DNA of 64,000 bases from Neophaeotheca triangularis (taxonomy: Eukaryota): contig BAAIJX010000071.1 of assembly GCA_054600435.1 (NCBI GenBank), positions 1 through 64,000 of the forward strand, written 5' to 3'. How positions within the stretch are numbered: position 1 is the stretch's first letter; each line of letters starts with the position of its first letter. Below the pieces are notes generated by a model, which did not search any database, had not been told where the DNA came from, and saw only the letters and a list, made by a program, of their open reading frames with translations. The position numbers and the translations under genes are program-made. Shown here piece by piece: positions 48,688 through 59,611 of this stretch.

Positions 48688-50511
48688 ATGTTTCATTTCG
48701 CTCTGCTTTCAACATTTCTCCTCTTCCATGCCACCGAGGCTTCTTTGGCCAACGCATTACTGTCACTAGTCTTCTCAAATGTCAATAGCTCGAAGCTTAC
48801 AGGTTATGGCATTCAAACTCTACCCAATCCCTACCCCTACGCTTTTCCAAATCACTTTGCCGCCAACACTTCGGATTTGTTTCCCATGCCCCAATGCTAC
48901 GGTGTGACCATCGAGGAGGCGACCATTGACCAGCTCCAGGACTACCAGACTCGAGGCATCTTGACATCGCAACAGCTCGCCATCTGCTACCTTGAGAGGG
49001 TCTGGCAAACAAATGACTACATTAACTCTGTACTCGAGATCAACCCAGACTCCTTACAGATCGCAGCACAACTCGACGCAGAGAGGAATGCAGGCCATGT
49101 GCGTGGGCCGCTCCATGGCATTCCCTACACTGTCAAAGACAATATCGCCACCAAAGACCACATGGAAACGACGGCCGGGAGCTGGGCCCTCCAAGGATCA
49201 GTGGTCCCAAGAGATGCTTTTGTGGTTGACAGGCTCCGGAAAGCAGGAGCACTTTTATTTGGTAAAGCAACACTGAGCGAATGGGCTGATATGCGCAGCA
49301 ACAACTACTCCGAAGGCTACTCGGCTCGAGGCGGACAAGCACGTTCGCCTTACAACCTAACTCAAAATCCTGGTGGCAGCTCGTCTGGTTCCGGCGCAGG
49401 GGTCGCGGCAAATACCTTCTCATTCTCGTTGGGAACTGAGACCGACGGCAGCGTGATCAGTCCGGCCGATCGCAATGCTGTCGTAGGAATCAAACCAACA
49501 GTCGGCCTTACCTCTCGTGATGGCGTCATACCCGAGTCCATTCATCAAGACACTGTCGGCACCTTTGGCAAAACTGTTCGAGATGCTGTCTACGCTCTCG
49601 ACGCCATCTACGGTCTAGACCCTCGAGACAACTATACCCTCGCCCAAATCGGGCATACCCCTTCAAACGGCTACGTTGCAGCACTGACAGACCGCCATGC
49701 TCTCCGTAACGCCACTTTCGGCCTCCCTTGGGAAAGCTTTTGGCAATACGCGCCCCCTGAACAGCTCTCTGCCCTTGCACCCATCCTCCGCCTCCTCACC
49801 TCCGCCGGCGCCACAATTCTCAACAACACCGAGCTCCCATCACGCTCCCTCCTCATCAGTCCAGACGGCTGGGACTGGGACTACGCCGTGACAGCGCGCA
49901 ACCGCCCAAACGAATCCGAATACACCGTCGTCAAAACCGACTTCTACAACAACATCCGCACCTACCTCTCCAGTCTCAACAACACCTCCATCCGCAGCCT
50001 CGAAGACATAATGGCCTTCAACACCGCTAACTCCGGCTCCGAAGGCGGCTACCCCTGGCCAAACGGGCATCCGGCCTTCTACTCAGGCCAAGACGGTTTC
50101 GCCGCCAGCAACGCCACCCAAGGCATCATGGACGAGGCCTACTACCAAGCGCTGCACTTCTGCCACTTCCAGTCCCGCGACCGCGGAATCGATGCCGCTC
50201 TCAGCTACACGAAACCCGACGGCTCGCAAGCTAAACTAGACGCCCTCCTGGTCCCCTCTGATGTCGGCCAGACTTACCAAGTCGCCGCCCAAGCCGGGTA
50301 TCCGATGCTCACGCTCCCGGTGGGCGTCAGTGGGGTCACGGGCATGCCTTTTGGGCTGGGATTGATGCAGACGGCTTGGGGGGAGGAGGCTTTGGCCAAA
50401 TGGGGAAGTGCGATTGAGGATTTGCAGTTTGTGAGTGGTGGGGCAGGGGGTGGGAGGACCAAGCCCAGGTGGTTTGAGTATTTGGCGAGAAATGTGCCCG
50501 TGGTGTGGTGA
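48688..50511 (+). CDS. Amidase-signature family hydrolase, probably secreted
   Basis: GPLHGIPYTVKDNI, PGGSSSGSG, GTETDGS (Lys-Ser-Ser triad); hydrophobic N-terminal signal-like sequence; several NxS/T sites. Confidence 0.9.
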   Translation: MFHFALLSTFLLFHATEASLANALLSLVFSNVNSSKLTGYGIQTLPNPYPYAFPNHFAANTSDLFPMPQCYGVTIEEATIDQLQDYQTRGILTSQQLAICYLERVWQTNDYINSVLEINPDSLQIAAQLDAERNAGHVRGPLHGIPYTVKDNIATKDHMETTAGSWALQGSVVPRDAFVVDRLRKAGALLFGKATLSEWADMRSNNYSEGYSARGGQARSPYNLTQNPGGSSSGSGAGVAANTFSFSLGTETDGSVISPADRNAVVGIKPTVGLTSRDGVIPESIHQDTVGTFGKTVRDAVYALDAIYGLDPRDNYTLAQIGHTPSNGYVAALTDRHALRNATFGLPWESFWQYAPPEQLSALAPILRLLTSAGATILNNTELPSRSLLISPDGWDWDYAVTARNRPNESEYTVVKTDFYNNIRTYLSSLNNTSIRSLEDIMAFNTANSGSEGGYPWPNGHPAFYSGQDGFAASNATQGIMDEAYYQALHFCHFQSRDRGIDAALSYTKPDGSQAKLDALLVPSDVGQTYQVAAQAGYPMLTLPVGVSGVTGMPFGLGLMQTAWGEEALAKWGSAIEDLQFVSGGAGGGRTKPRWFEYLARNVPVVW

Positions 50512-51014
50512 GCGGGAGGCGAGGGTGTGGGCTGGGCAGGGATCCGGTTGCCAGGGGGGCGTTGCTGGCGCGGTTTGGGTTGGTGTCATCTCGTAGTAGT
50601 TCATTTGCAGCGATTTTTGTTCATTGGCACACGATTCGACGATCTACACTTGAAACCATGCCCAACGCAAGAGGCGGCTTAAACAGCATGCACCTGGGAA
50701 GATGGCCACAGGGCGGCGGTCACTGGGCCTCCCAGCGGCTTTGGTGTATCGATACTAGCAGCAAACGTCGTCAACTCGAGCCTTGCAAAATTCTTCGATC
50801 TCAATATGCTCCAGAGATAGTTTGGCATGGCGTAATAGCAAGCCTGGAAACAATGTGGATGAACAATGTTACAGAAACGCCACTCGCGGCTTCAGGGGTA
50901 TCATTTTGTGTCTCACCGCTATGCCTGAGAAGCTTCCAACGCCAACGCTATGCTTTACAAGTGAAAGTGTCGCCATCCTCGGTTCATCAAGCAAGCAAGC
51001 ATACTCTCTCGCCT

Positions 51015-51782
51015 TCACCAGAAGAAGCGCCAAACGAGAAAGAGGAGGATAATCAACCCCAACGCCGCGAAAGGCCCATACTGCTTGAGCAATAGTTCCC
51101 AATTGATCCGTACCGCCGCTCTCTTGTACTTAGCCGAATCTTCCCTCAACCTCGAACTCATATCGCCCATCTTCTCGAGACTGTCTCCTCTGTACAACAA
51201 ATCCTCAATATTCTTCGTCATCACTTGCGTGACATCCTTAAGCTCGTCGTTCAGCCGTCCGAGGTTGTCGGTGGCTCTAGAATCTTGGTATGTCTTCTTC
51301 GTGCGCTCTACGAAGCGATCAAACTCGGCGTATGCGTAGGGTCGTAATGAGGGGTCGAGGTACTGTTCCCTGCGATACGACGTCTGGAACTCGGCGCGCA
51401 CGTCTTCGAGATAGGTGAGAGCTAGCTTCTTCGGATACGATTTCTCTGTGATGGCCATGTACACAAGGGAGTCGTTCAAGACGTAGCTGCGGAAATGTCA
51501 CATCAGCTGTTGGACTTGCGCATCTAGCCTTGGAGAGTGCGTCGTACTGCAAGGTGTGTTGATCGCTCTCGATGCTTGCCCTCGGCTCCGACTGGGGCGT
51601 TATCCTCCGCACGACATGCTTCACTTGCGTTTTGAGCTCGCTAATCTCCTTTCCTCCGGCTTCGTCGACGGAGGCCACGAGGACCAGACCTGGCGCATAG
51701 TGAGCATTACTGTGCCACCGCGTCTTGTGCCATTGTAGGGAAGCGTACCGTCTAGACGGACAATCTGCGTGCTGTAGATCAT
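51015..51782 (-). CDS. SEC22: R-SNARE Sec22; exons 51782-51749, 51689-51548, 51486-51015
   Basis: Longin domain (RLDGLVLVASVD, YPKKLA..YL), NIEDLLYRGDSL SNARE motif, C-terminal TM helix. Confidence 0.95.
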
Positions 51783-52359
51783 GATTAGAGGTTGCGGTGA
51801 TATTGCAGAGGTCTTATTGACAAGTGCAGTCGAGTTCTGAGGCAGGCAAGAATAAGGGGATGTCGGGTTGATACCCAGAGGAAGTCGAACTTGAAGCCAG
51901 CTGGTTGGCCCGAGCTGGTGTTTGTGGCTTTCACCAAGTTTGGAACCTGACACCTTTCATGACTCCTCGTACCTAGATACTGCACCATCTCGGTCGTGCC
52001 CATTGACGTCGACAGCTCTTCAGTGGTGTCAAACATGAGAAGTTGAAGGAAAAGTTGCTATTTCGACGCGTTGTTACGCGCCCGACCGTTCATCTCTGGA
52101 CTGAATTCTGACGGCTCAACCACGTCTTGTTGGATATATATGGCTCGTGACTCTGCCACTGCCACTCGTGATGAATGATGGATCATCTCGCCAGTGTCGC
52201 TACTGTTAGTTGGCATTCGTTCGTGGATGGTTGAGCGCTGAATGGAAACTTCCACCGGCTGAAACGCCCTCCAGCTGTCCAAGGCCTCATCTGTTAACGC
52301 TCCGGCTCTCGAGGTTTATGTAAAACAACCCTACACCCATTCGACTTCTGGAAACCATC

Positions 52360-52860
52360 ATGGCCGCAGCACAAAAGCGCATGCTCTCAGCGCCCAAGGG
52401 CAAGATTGCAAAAATGGACCCAAGCGATCTCATAGTATGTTTGCACTTCTCGCGAAGCGTGGAAGAAAGGACAGCTTTGCTAACTTGATACCACTAGACT
52501 GCTCTTCAATCACCCGAAGCTTGGGACTCGCTATCGGAAGAACAGAAGCGACATCTCTACTCTCTGCTCTCAGTGGTCGGCAAGCATGGCGAGCCGCTTC
52601 CGCTCGATCAGATAGATCTCAGCATCAATCCACTGGACTCCAAACTGAAGGACTCGATTGAAAGGGGCATCAAACGGTTTCATAGGGACCTTTCCGAGGG
52701 AAGGAGGGAGAAGAAGTGGGTGGATGACGCTGTCAAGGCGAGCCAGGAAAGGAGCGAAGGGAAATTCGATGCATTTCTGCTCGTTGAGAAGGAAGATTAC
52801 TGGGGGAAGGATGGGAAGGCGCCCGAGAAGGAAGGGGAGGGCGTTGACGACGATGAGTAG
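52360..52860 (+). CDS. Small stand-alone Asx-homology (DEUBAD) domain protein, 145 aa; exons 52360-52434, 52498-52860
   Basis: LQSPEAWDSLSEEQKRHLYSLL...FHRDLSEG...W...A..ASQER..GKFD...EDYWG pattern; intron GTATGT..CTAAC..TAG. Confidence 0.7.
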
Positions 52861-53263
52861 CACTAATCCCGAGACTCATGTTGAAGCGGGAGGATGGGGT
52901 TGGATTCTCTCATGACCCGGGTTGGAGGTATCGTGCGAATGGGCAACCATGTTATCGTTGCGGGGAGCAAGAGGGGAAGGTGGAAGGTGGATCGGATGAA
53001 GAGACCTGATGAGTTTTGGGTACCTGGCTATTCATGTCATGGCTACCACAAGCCCAATCTTAGTCGTCTCGCTCGTGCAACCAACATCAAACATACACCT
53101 GTCTCGAGATCATGTCTGATTAGACATCGCCCGATAGTTGCCAATCAAAAATGAGAAATATGTAATAGAACAGCCGTCAGTTATTGATTTCAGATTTCGT
53201 TCTCAAGCATTAAGCTTGCCAAATTCCTTCAGCCCCACAACGAAGACTTCACCTCTTCTAATA

Positions 53264-54355
53264 ATGGCGACCGCAACACTCCAACATCGTAGAACCCACA
53301 ACCTACTGCTCATCTCAAAGCTTCTCGGTCAAAGAGATGCAGCATCGCCGTTCACGCTGGTGCTCGACAGCTTGGAGCAGAGTGGCAAAGGTCTGATTGC
53401 TGAGTACACTCGACGGGCAAAGGTACGTTGATGCAATGATAATCCTCGCAAGCATTTGCTAAGCAGTCAAAGGCGGCCAAGGTCGAAGTCATCTTCCTTT
53501 CATTCGAGACCTTGAAGAAACCTTGTAATACAGACCATTTCGTCTCAGCCTGGAGCCAGAGTTTGCAGGCTTGGCAGAAAGAGATCTCTTCACTCACAAG
53601 AACCACGAGCGGCAAGAGTGCGTATTACTTCGAACGACTTAGTAAAGTAGAGTACTAATCCGTGGCCGTTAGAACAAATCTTGATCATAGACTCTCTCAA
53701 TGCTCTGGCGACCACCCAACCCGGCAACATCCCAGGTGTACTCTCTACCCTCATAGGACCCTCGACACCACTGCTCGCAATCTATCACACTGACGTACCG
53801 ACACCTCCGTCAAGCAATCCCCAGGATGCATACTCTCCGGATCCTCTTTCCCTGCTAAGATACCTCGCCACCACGATTTTCGTCACCCACAACCTTTCGC
53901 ACGTCCTCTCGCGCAAATCCGCTCGTGATCGAAGCAAGGCTGAACCACTCTTCGGCCTTGAAGAGGGCGTGGAGGGCGTGCTGCAAAACGTGGAAGCCAA
54001 CGGTAGCGACGGTATGGTATTGGAAATGGAGCATCGAAGGAAAAGCGGCAGGGGTGTGAGGGAGTGGTACTTCTTGCCTTCTCAACGCGACCGGCAAACA
54101 TCAAGCCGGGAAGTCATCACGCTGCTAGAAGATCATCCGTCGTACCGCACCAAGCCCTCTGAGGAGTCTTCGGCTGATGCTGATGAGCCTGGGGACACTA
54201 CTTTCGAGCTTGGGTTAACGGAGAAGCAGCGCCGGGATCGCGAAGGCATCGTGCTGCCCTATTCTGACGCACAAAAGGGCGAATTCGAGGGAGGGAGGAT
54301 TTTGTATGACATGGGATCTGAGGATGACTTTGACGAGGAGGAAGATGAGATCTGA
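53264..54355 (+). CDS. ELP5: Elongator complex subunit 5 (Iki1/Elp5); exons 53264-53422, about 53473-53617, 53673-54355
   Basis: HRRTHNLLLISKLL..SPFTLVLDSLEQ, EHRRKSGR, TTFELGLTEKQRRDRE..VLPY.DAQ..GGRILY..EDDFDEEED. Confidence 0.9.
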
Positions 54356-55052
54356 GAGCCTAAATTGACGAACTGATGTGACGGCCTTTGCCTCCGTACA
54401 ATCTGTGTGGGTTAAGACGCGGAAGCAATGTCATGGAGAAGTAATTGAGAGTTCTAAACCTCGACAAGAAGATGCGAGTAGTTGGTATTCCACATTCAGC
54501 TTCCAACTCGTTTATCCTTCGTCTCCTTGAACCAATCCCTTGACTGGGATGCGCTACACGGAAACACGAGCGAGGAAGTTCGTTCTCTCAACGTTGGTTG
54601 AGGGCTTTACTGACTTTTCATCGAATGAATATCTTGAGCAGAAATGGTGGTCATGAAGAGGCTTCACAGTACTACTGGGAGAAATGACTGAAGTTCTTGG
54701 TTATGTTGTGAGGCCTATTATCATCGTTCCGTATTGGGCTTGTGAAAACAATCCTTAGTCACATCGAGTGCCAAATTAGAGAGAGGTAACAAAGCTACTA
54801 TATGACTCTTATTATGCTAAGGAAGACACAGCAGTCTGCAGAGAAGGACGGACAAAAGCGTGGGGACCTCGAGTGGTGATTATCTGGGCACGAGTCATGC
54901 TAGCGTCAAAGCTCACACTTCCTTGAACTTCCTCATGGCCTGCCTTGCGCACGACTTCTCACTTTCGCTCAAGTTCATTTACTGTCGCATTGCTTCGCAA
55001 ATCGCTTCAAAACCACCTCACCCTACACGAACTTCCTTACAGCTACATCTAA

Positions 55053-55655
55053 ATGGATCGCGGTGTCTCCCGTGGTGGACGCGGCCAAGGCAATCGCGGC
55101 CGTCAAGACCGTCAAGGTAACCTGACTTCTCCTCCGAGTGGGCCCTTTGCGCCTGCTGACCTTGCTACAACCACAGGCCGTGACCGCTCTCGTTCTCCTT
55201 TCCGTGGACCTCGTGAAGACACCCGCCGCCGTTCCCCTCTTCCTCGCTCTCGCTCGCCTCCCCGCGGCCCTCGTGGAGGGAATGCGCGCCGCCCATCCAA
55301 CGACGGCCCACATCCGCGTCCACGCAACCAACCCCGTGGCCGCCCGACTCAAGGTCGCGAGATCAAGCCCGACGAAGACCAACCAGCCGCCAAGATTACG
55401 ACCAATGGCGAGACGGCCGATTCGAAAGCAAAGACTGAGGACACGGACGTCAACATGGAGATTCCGGAGGATGAGACTGAGGAGGAGATGATGAAGCGTA
55501 TCATGGGATTCAACTCGTTCGGTTCTACAAAAAATACCAAGGTTCCCGGCAACGACAAGAATTACGGCGTCTACAAGGTCAAACAGACGGAGTATCGCCA
55601 GTACATGAACCGCTTGGGAGGCTTCAATAGGCCGCTTTCGCCCACCCGGCGCTAA
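55053..55655 (+). CDS. SNRNP27: U4/U6.U5 tri-snRNP 27 kDa protein (DUF1777); probable in-frame intron 55117-55176
   Basis: RS-rich N-terminus; MKRIMGFNSFGSTK..KV; C-terminal YRQYMNRLGGFNRPLSP. Confidence 0.9.
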   Translation: MDRGVSRGGRGQGNRGRQDRQGNLTSPPSGPFAPADLATTTGRDRSRSPFRGPREDTRRRSPLPRSRSPPRGPRGGNARRPSNDGPHPRPRNQPRGRPTQGREIKPDEDQPAAKITTNGETADSKAKTEDTDVNMEIPEDETEEEMMKRIMGFNSFGSTKNTKVPGNDKNYGVYKVKQTEYRQYMNRLGGFNRPLSPTRR

Positions 55656-55944
55656 GTGCTTCTGGTGTCGGCCGTTTCTGGTGCAAGGAGCAGAGCGGAA
55701 TTTTGTGGGCGACGAAGACAGTCTTCTGCCCATAGTCTTGTGGCTGGCGAAAAACAAGGAGGGAGAATTGCATACGAAACTTTAGCGAGGCGTTGGGGCA
55801 ATGAATGCATGAGACGATACCCAGGCTGCAAGGCCTCATCTTGGGCTACGCGAGGCGTTTTAGAATCATCAAACAAGGGGTATCATAAAGCTGCTGAAGC
55901 TAGTATCTATGCTAGTAACGGAATGCCGATTTGATTACAACTCG

Positions 55945-56706
55945 TCAGTCCCTGTCTCTCCTCTTTTCCCTCCTGTACGGCGAGCGGCTTCTATTGTCCT
56001 CTCTGTAGCGTCTGCTAGGTCGTTCTTCGCGGTTTCTGCGCTTGTGGGAGTGCCTCTCTTGCGAGGTCGATCGAGAGCGAGTCCTGTTCCTTCTGTGTCT
56101 TTGTTTCCGCTCCCGTTCATAGTCTCTCGAACCCGACCGCGACCTGTGTCTCCTGTGCCTCGTGCGATCCTCGTCGTCGCGATCCTTTCGCCTCTCACGG
56201 TCTCTGCTCCTACTTCTATGCCGCCTTCTCTCGCCACGCGACGCCTTCTCGCCCCGCCTGCGACCTTCCCTCTCACGTCCACCTAAATCCTTCTTCTCCG
56301 CAGCCTTCCCCTCACCTTCTCCCTCATCATCATCCGCCAACGCCTCCCTCAAAGCCTTATTAGCCTCCTTTCCCATCCCCAACGGCTGCGCGTTTGCACC
56401 CGACCGATCCGGTACCGGCAACCCCAGCGCCTTAGCCATAGCATCCTCCTCCGCCTCCTTAACTTTCCTCAACTCCTCCCTTTTCTGCTCCTGCCGTCTC
56501 TGCTCCCGCTCCTCCGGCGTCAACTCCGCATCGTCGGCTTTGGCGTACCAATTCAAGTCCTTATTCTTCTGCCAGCGACCCACGGGGGCCATGAGTGAGT
56601 GGCCCAGGTAGTTTTCGCGTTGAGGATCATTCTTCACATCGTTCCAGCTGAACTCGCTGGCGCCACCGCGTGAGCCGGACTTGCGAATGGTTTGGACGAG
56701 ATCCAT
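55945..56706 (-). CDS. MMTAG2 (multiple myeloma tumour-associated 2)-like protein with R/S/E-rich tail
   Basis: SRGG..EFSW.DVK...RENYLGHSLMAPVGRWQK.KDL.WY N-terminal domain. Confidence 0.88.
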   Translation of the reverse strand: MDLVQTIRKSGSRGGASEFSWNDVKNDPQRENYLGHSLMAPVGRWQKNKDLNWYAKADDAELTPEEREQRRQEQKREELRKVKEAEEDAMAKALGLPVPDRSGANAQPLGMGKEANKALREALADDDEGEGEGKAAEKKDLGGREREGRRRGEKASRGERRRHRSRSRDRERRKDRDDEDRTRHRRHRSRSGSRDYERERKQRHRRNRTRSRSTSQERHSHKRRNREERPSRRYREDNRSRSPYRREKRRDRD

Positions 56707-57328
56707 GACGAGGGTCAGTACAGGAGGGCGACGATGGGAAGAGCGATTTGCTCCTGTTGAGCTTGCTTTGGGCGCGTCTGTGGTTGTCCAGCTGCTAAGC
56801 TGCTGGCGGTGTTAGAGGGCTCAAATTTCGTATACTCCGTTACGTATAGTGGGAGACCAACCTGAGCTGCTCTTTTGGCTTGATGAAAGAGGTAACTACA
56901 GGCAGCTCGGAGGTTGGTACCTAGGTAGGCAGTTAGGTAGAAGGTAGCGTGGGGTGTGGCAGGCGGATTCGGTGAAGTTCAAAGTTCAGCCGGGGAATAG
57001 CCGAAATGAATACTTGAGGTCCGTTGGTAGATAATAACGTTAAGTCAAGGTAGATACCTAGTTAGCTAAGCAATTTACCTTGTTACTCGAGAACCACCCA
57101 ATGCGTGTCACCGTGTGTTATGCAGGTGGCGCTGCGCGGCTCAAACTCAATCGAAGAGGGTCAACGCGCGGAGGACTCTCAGGGAGTGTTGTTCATTGAT
57201 AACATAGGATACCTAGGGGTGCCTAAATTGCGAGACGGTAGCGAGAACTAAGCTACTAGATCTGGATCAACCGAGGCTTGTCCATTATACGCTACCTCCC
57301 GTTCGTCTTGAGCCTCTCAAGGCTTTGT

Positions 57329-59026
57329 TCAAGTGAAATCGTAAAATGCCAACGCCTGCTTCCCGCCACTACGCTCCTTGAGCACCACAACGTTTTCGTC
57401 GTCGAAACCAACCCAGCCTCGAGTCAGAGTGAGCTTGTTCTCATCGTTTTCGTGGGCCTGTTGCTTAGGGTTGCCGTTTTCTTCCCCGTGCACAAGATCA
57501 ATCCCAGCCTGCGCCTTCGCGACAGAGTCAGTAGATACCTTCCCGGGAACGATGCGCACACTCATGTCACCCTCGGCGAGCTTCCTTTGCCTGAGCGCAG
57601 ATGTGAAACCGCCTTCCAGCTCCCAAACCCACAGCTCATCGCCTCGCGTACTGACAGACACTGCCTTGCCGTGGCCGCCCACGTGCACGCCAGAGACTGA
57701 TGACGTGTGTCCCCAGAGTCGCGTACCTGCTCCGATCGAAAAGTGCTCTGGATCAGAGTGGACTAGATATAATGTGAGCGTCTTGTCCGGGTGCGATACA
57801 AGTAGGTAGGGATGAGTGTACGAAATCGAAGTTGGCTGGGAGCGTATCTCGCTAGTTGATGGCGCTGAAAGATGGGGCACCGAGGGGTTTAGCGCAGGCG
57901 CAAGGGGCCGGTAATGCTGATCGATAGCGGAGACCATGCGGGATTTGTGCATTGTTCCATCGACAGAGAGTCTGAACTCCTGAATCGCTACTGTCGACCC
58001 CGAGAGGTAGGTTGGTTGCGAGAAAGCTAGCGAAACGACAACCTCTTGCGCCAAAACCCTCAATGCAGTGGTCATCGGGGGCCAAGAGGTGTGTGACTTG
58101 ATGGACTGCAATAGCAATGGGTCGTTCAGTGTATTCTCAGATGAGCCTTCGTCGCGGCCGGGGAAGTTGTAGAGTGATAACACCTGTGAAGCTGTCAGAG
58201 TCACTACGTAGGGCCAGCAAAGGGCAATACTCGAAATGACTCCATTAGACGAGGGTGCATGTGCGTACAAGCGCTGAAAGCTTTCAACATCGGCGCTGAA
58301 CTCGTACAACGCAAACGAGCCATCTTCAAAACCGAGGGTGATCTTCGAGCCTCCAGAGCCGGTTGCTGATGAGTCCACAGCCAATGCTGTAGGAGCATTG
58401 CTACCGTCAGTGTTTGGTAGGGGTGCGTGAGCAATCATTTTACGGTTGCCGCGTGCCGTCCAAGCTCGCAGACCATCCTTACAATCAGCTGTGTAGATGA
58501 TCTTCCCATGCATCTGGACAAGTACTGGTGGCACAGATGTCTGTTCTGCCACCGGTACCTCCTTCAACGAGCACGCTCCCTTTGACCAGTTGTGGCGCAA
58601 TCTGTACTGCCGCTTCCAGTCTGTCTCGTCTGGGTTCTTGATCAGGTGATCCTCGTTGAGCCATTTCGCGGCTTTCGAAGAAAAGTGCAGCTTGTTGTCC
58701 TTGCCATCGCGAATGCCAGGCAATCGGCTCGCTCTCGGCCGCACAAACGTGTTGTAGTAGAGTTCTTTCCATAGCTGCGAATCGGTCGCTATTTGTGCGA
58801 ATTTCTTAGACACCCTTTGGCAAGCAACGAGCTGCTTCATGGGTAGGTGGGATAGGACCTTGACGTTCAGCTCGTCGCTGAGTTTCGCGAAGTTGTCCGG
58901 ACCCGTGACTTTGTTGCGCTTTGGCGCTACCTCCGCATGGTCGTCCTCATCGCGCTGTCGCTTCGTTGATGTGCCTGCGCGTCGAGAGACCCAGTGCGGT
59001 TGTCCAGGTATTGATGGAGTAGCCAT
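57329..59026 (-). CDS. F-box protein with WD40-like C-terminal region
   Basis: LSDELNVKVLSHLP..LVACQRVSKKF..IATDSQLWK F-box; WKRQYRLRHNWSKG; LWGHTSSVSGV, LWVWELE; start codon uncertain. Confidence 0.82.
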   Translation of the reverse strand: MATPSIPGQPHWVSRRAGTSTKRQRDEDDHAEVAPKRNKVTGPDNFAKLSDELNVKVLSHLPMKQLVACQRVSKKFAQIATDSQLWKELYYNTFVRPRASRLPGIRDGKDNKLHFSSKAAKWLNEDHLIKNPDETDWKRQYRLRHNWSKGACSLKEVPVAEQTSVPPVLVQMHGKIIYTADCKDGLRAWTARGNRKMIAHAPLPNTDGSNAPTALAVDSSATGSGGSKITLGFEDGSFALYEFSADVESFQRLYAHAPSSNGVISSIALCWPYVVTLTASQVLSLYNFPGRDEGSSENTLNDPLLLQSIKSHTSWPPMTTALRVLAQEVVVSLAFSQPTYLSGSTVAIQEFRLSVDGTMHKSRMVSAIDQHYRPLAPALNPSVPHLSAPSTSEIRSQPTSISYTHPYLLVSHPDKTLTLYLVHSDPEHFSIGAGTRLWGHTSSVSGVHVGGHGKAVSVSTRGDELWVWELEGGFTSALRQRKLAEGDMSVRIVPGKVSTDSVAKAQAGIDLVHGEENGNPKQQAHENDENKLTLTRGWVGFDDENVVVLKERSGGKQALAFYDFT

Positions 59027-59611
59027 GACGGAGCCGGATCCAGCAACGTGAGTGAATGAAGGTACTGTCAAGACCGTTGCTACACGTGATCGAGCAAGAA
59101 TATGGTGATAGTTACTGATTATGCGTGGTGTCCGTGGAGCCGTACCAATGTTGCAAACTGGAGTTGGGACCGTGAATGTCGTGGCGATGGTACCTTCTAC
59201 CTACCAACTACCTAGGAAGCGCTAGGATCCATGGATGGCGGTGGTGATTGTCGCGATAACGAGCAACGTTATCGGCACACGATCTTAGCGTCGGAACTGG
59301 GCTGTACTCGGCCCGAGAGTCCGCATCCGCCGAACTGGGGTAGGCGCGTCGAACTTCAAGACGCGTTTGGTGCCTGCATCTCCACGTAGTAAGTACTTCC
59401 ACATCCTCCCGTCTCGTGAGATGACCTGTACCTACCTACGCAACTACAACGGCACTGACTGAAAACGCCATCGAGCGTGGACGATCGAGACTTCTAACGA
59501 TTTTTTTCTACCTCGCTTCTCACGACAGACTGTGCTGGATGGATACAAGGAAAGTCTCCCCTTTGGCTTGGCATCCACTTCCCGAACCGACGCCACCTGC
59601 TCGAGTTCTTT

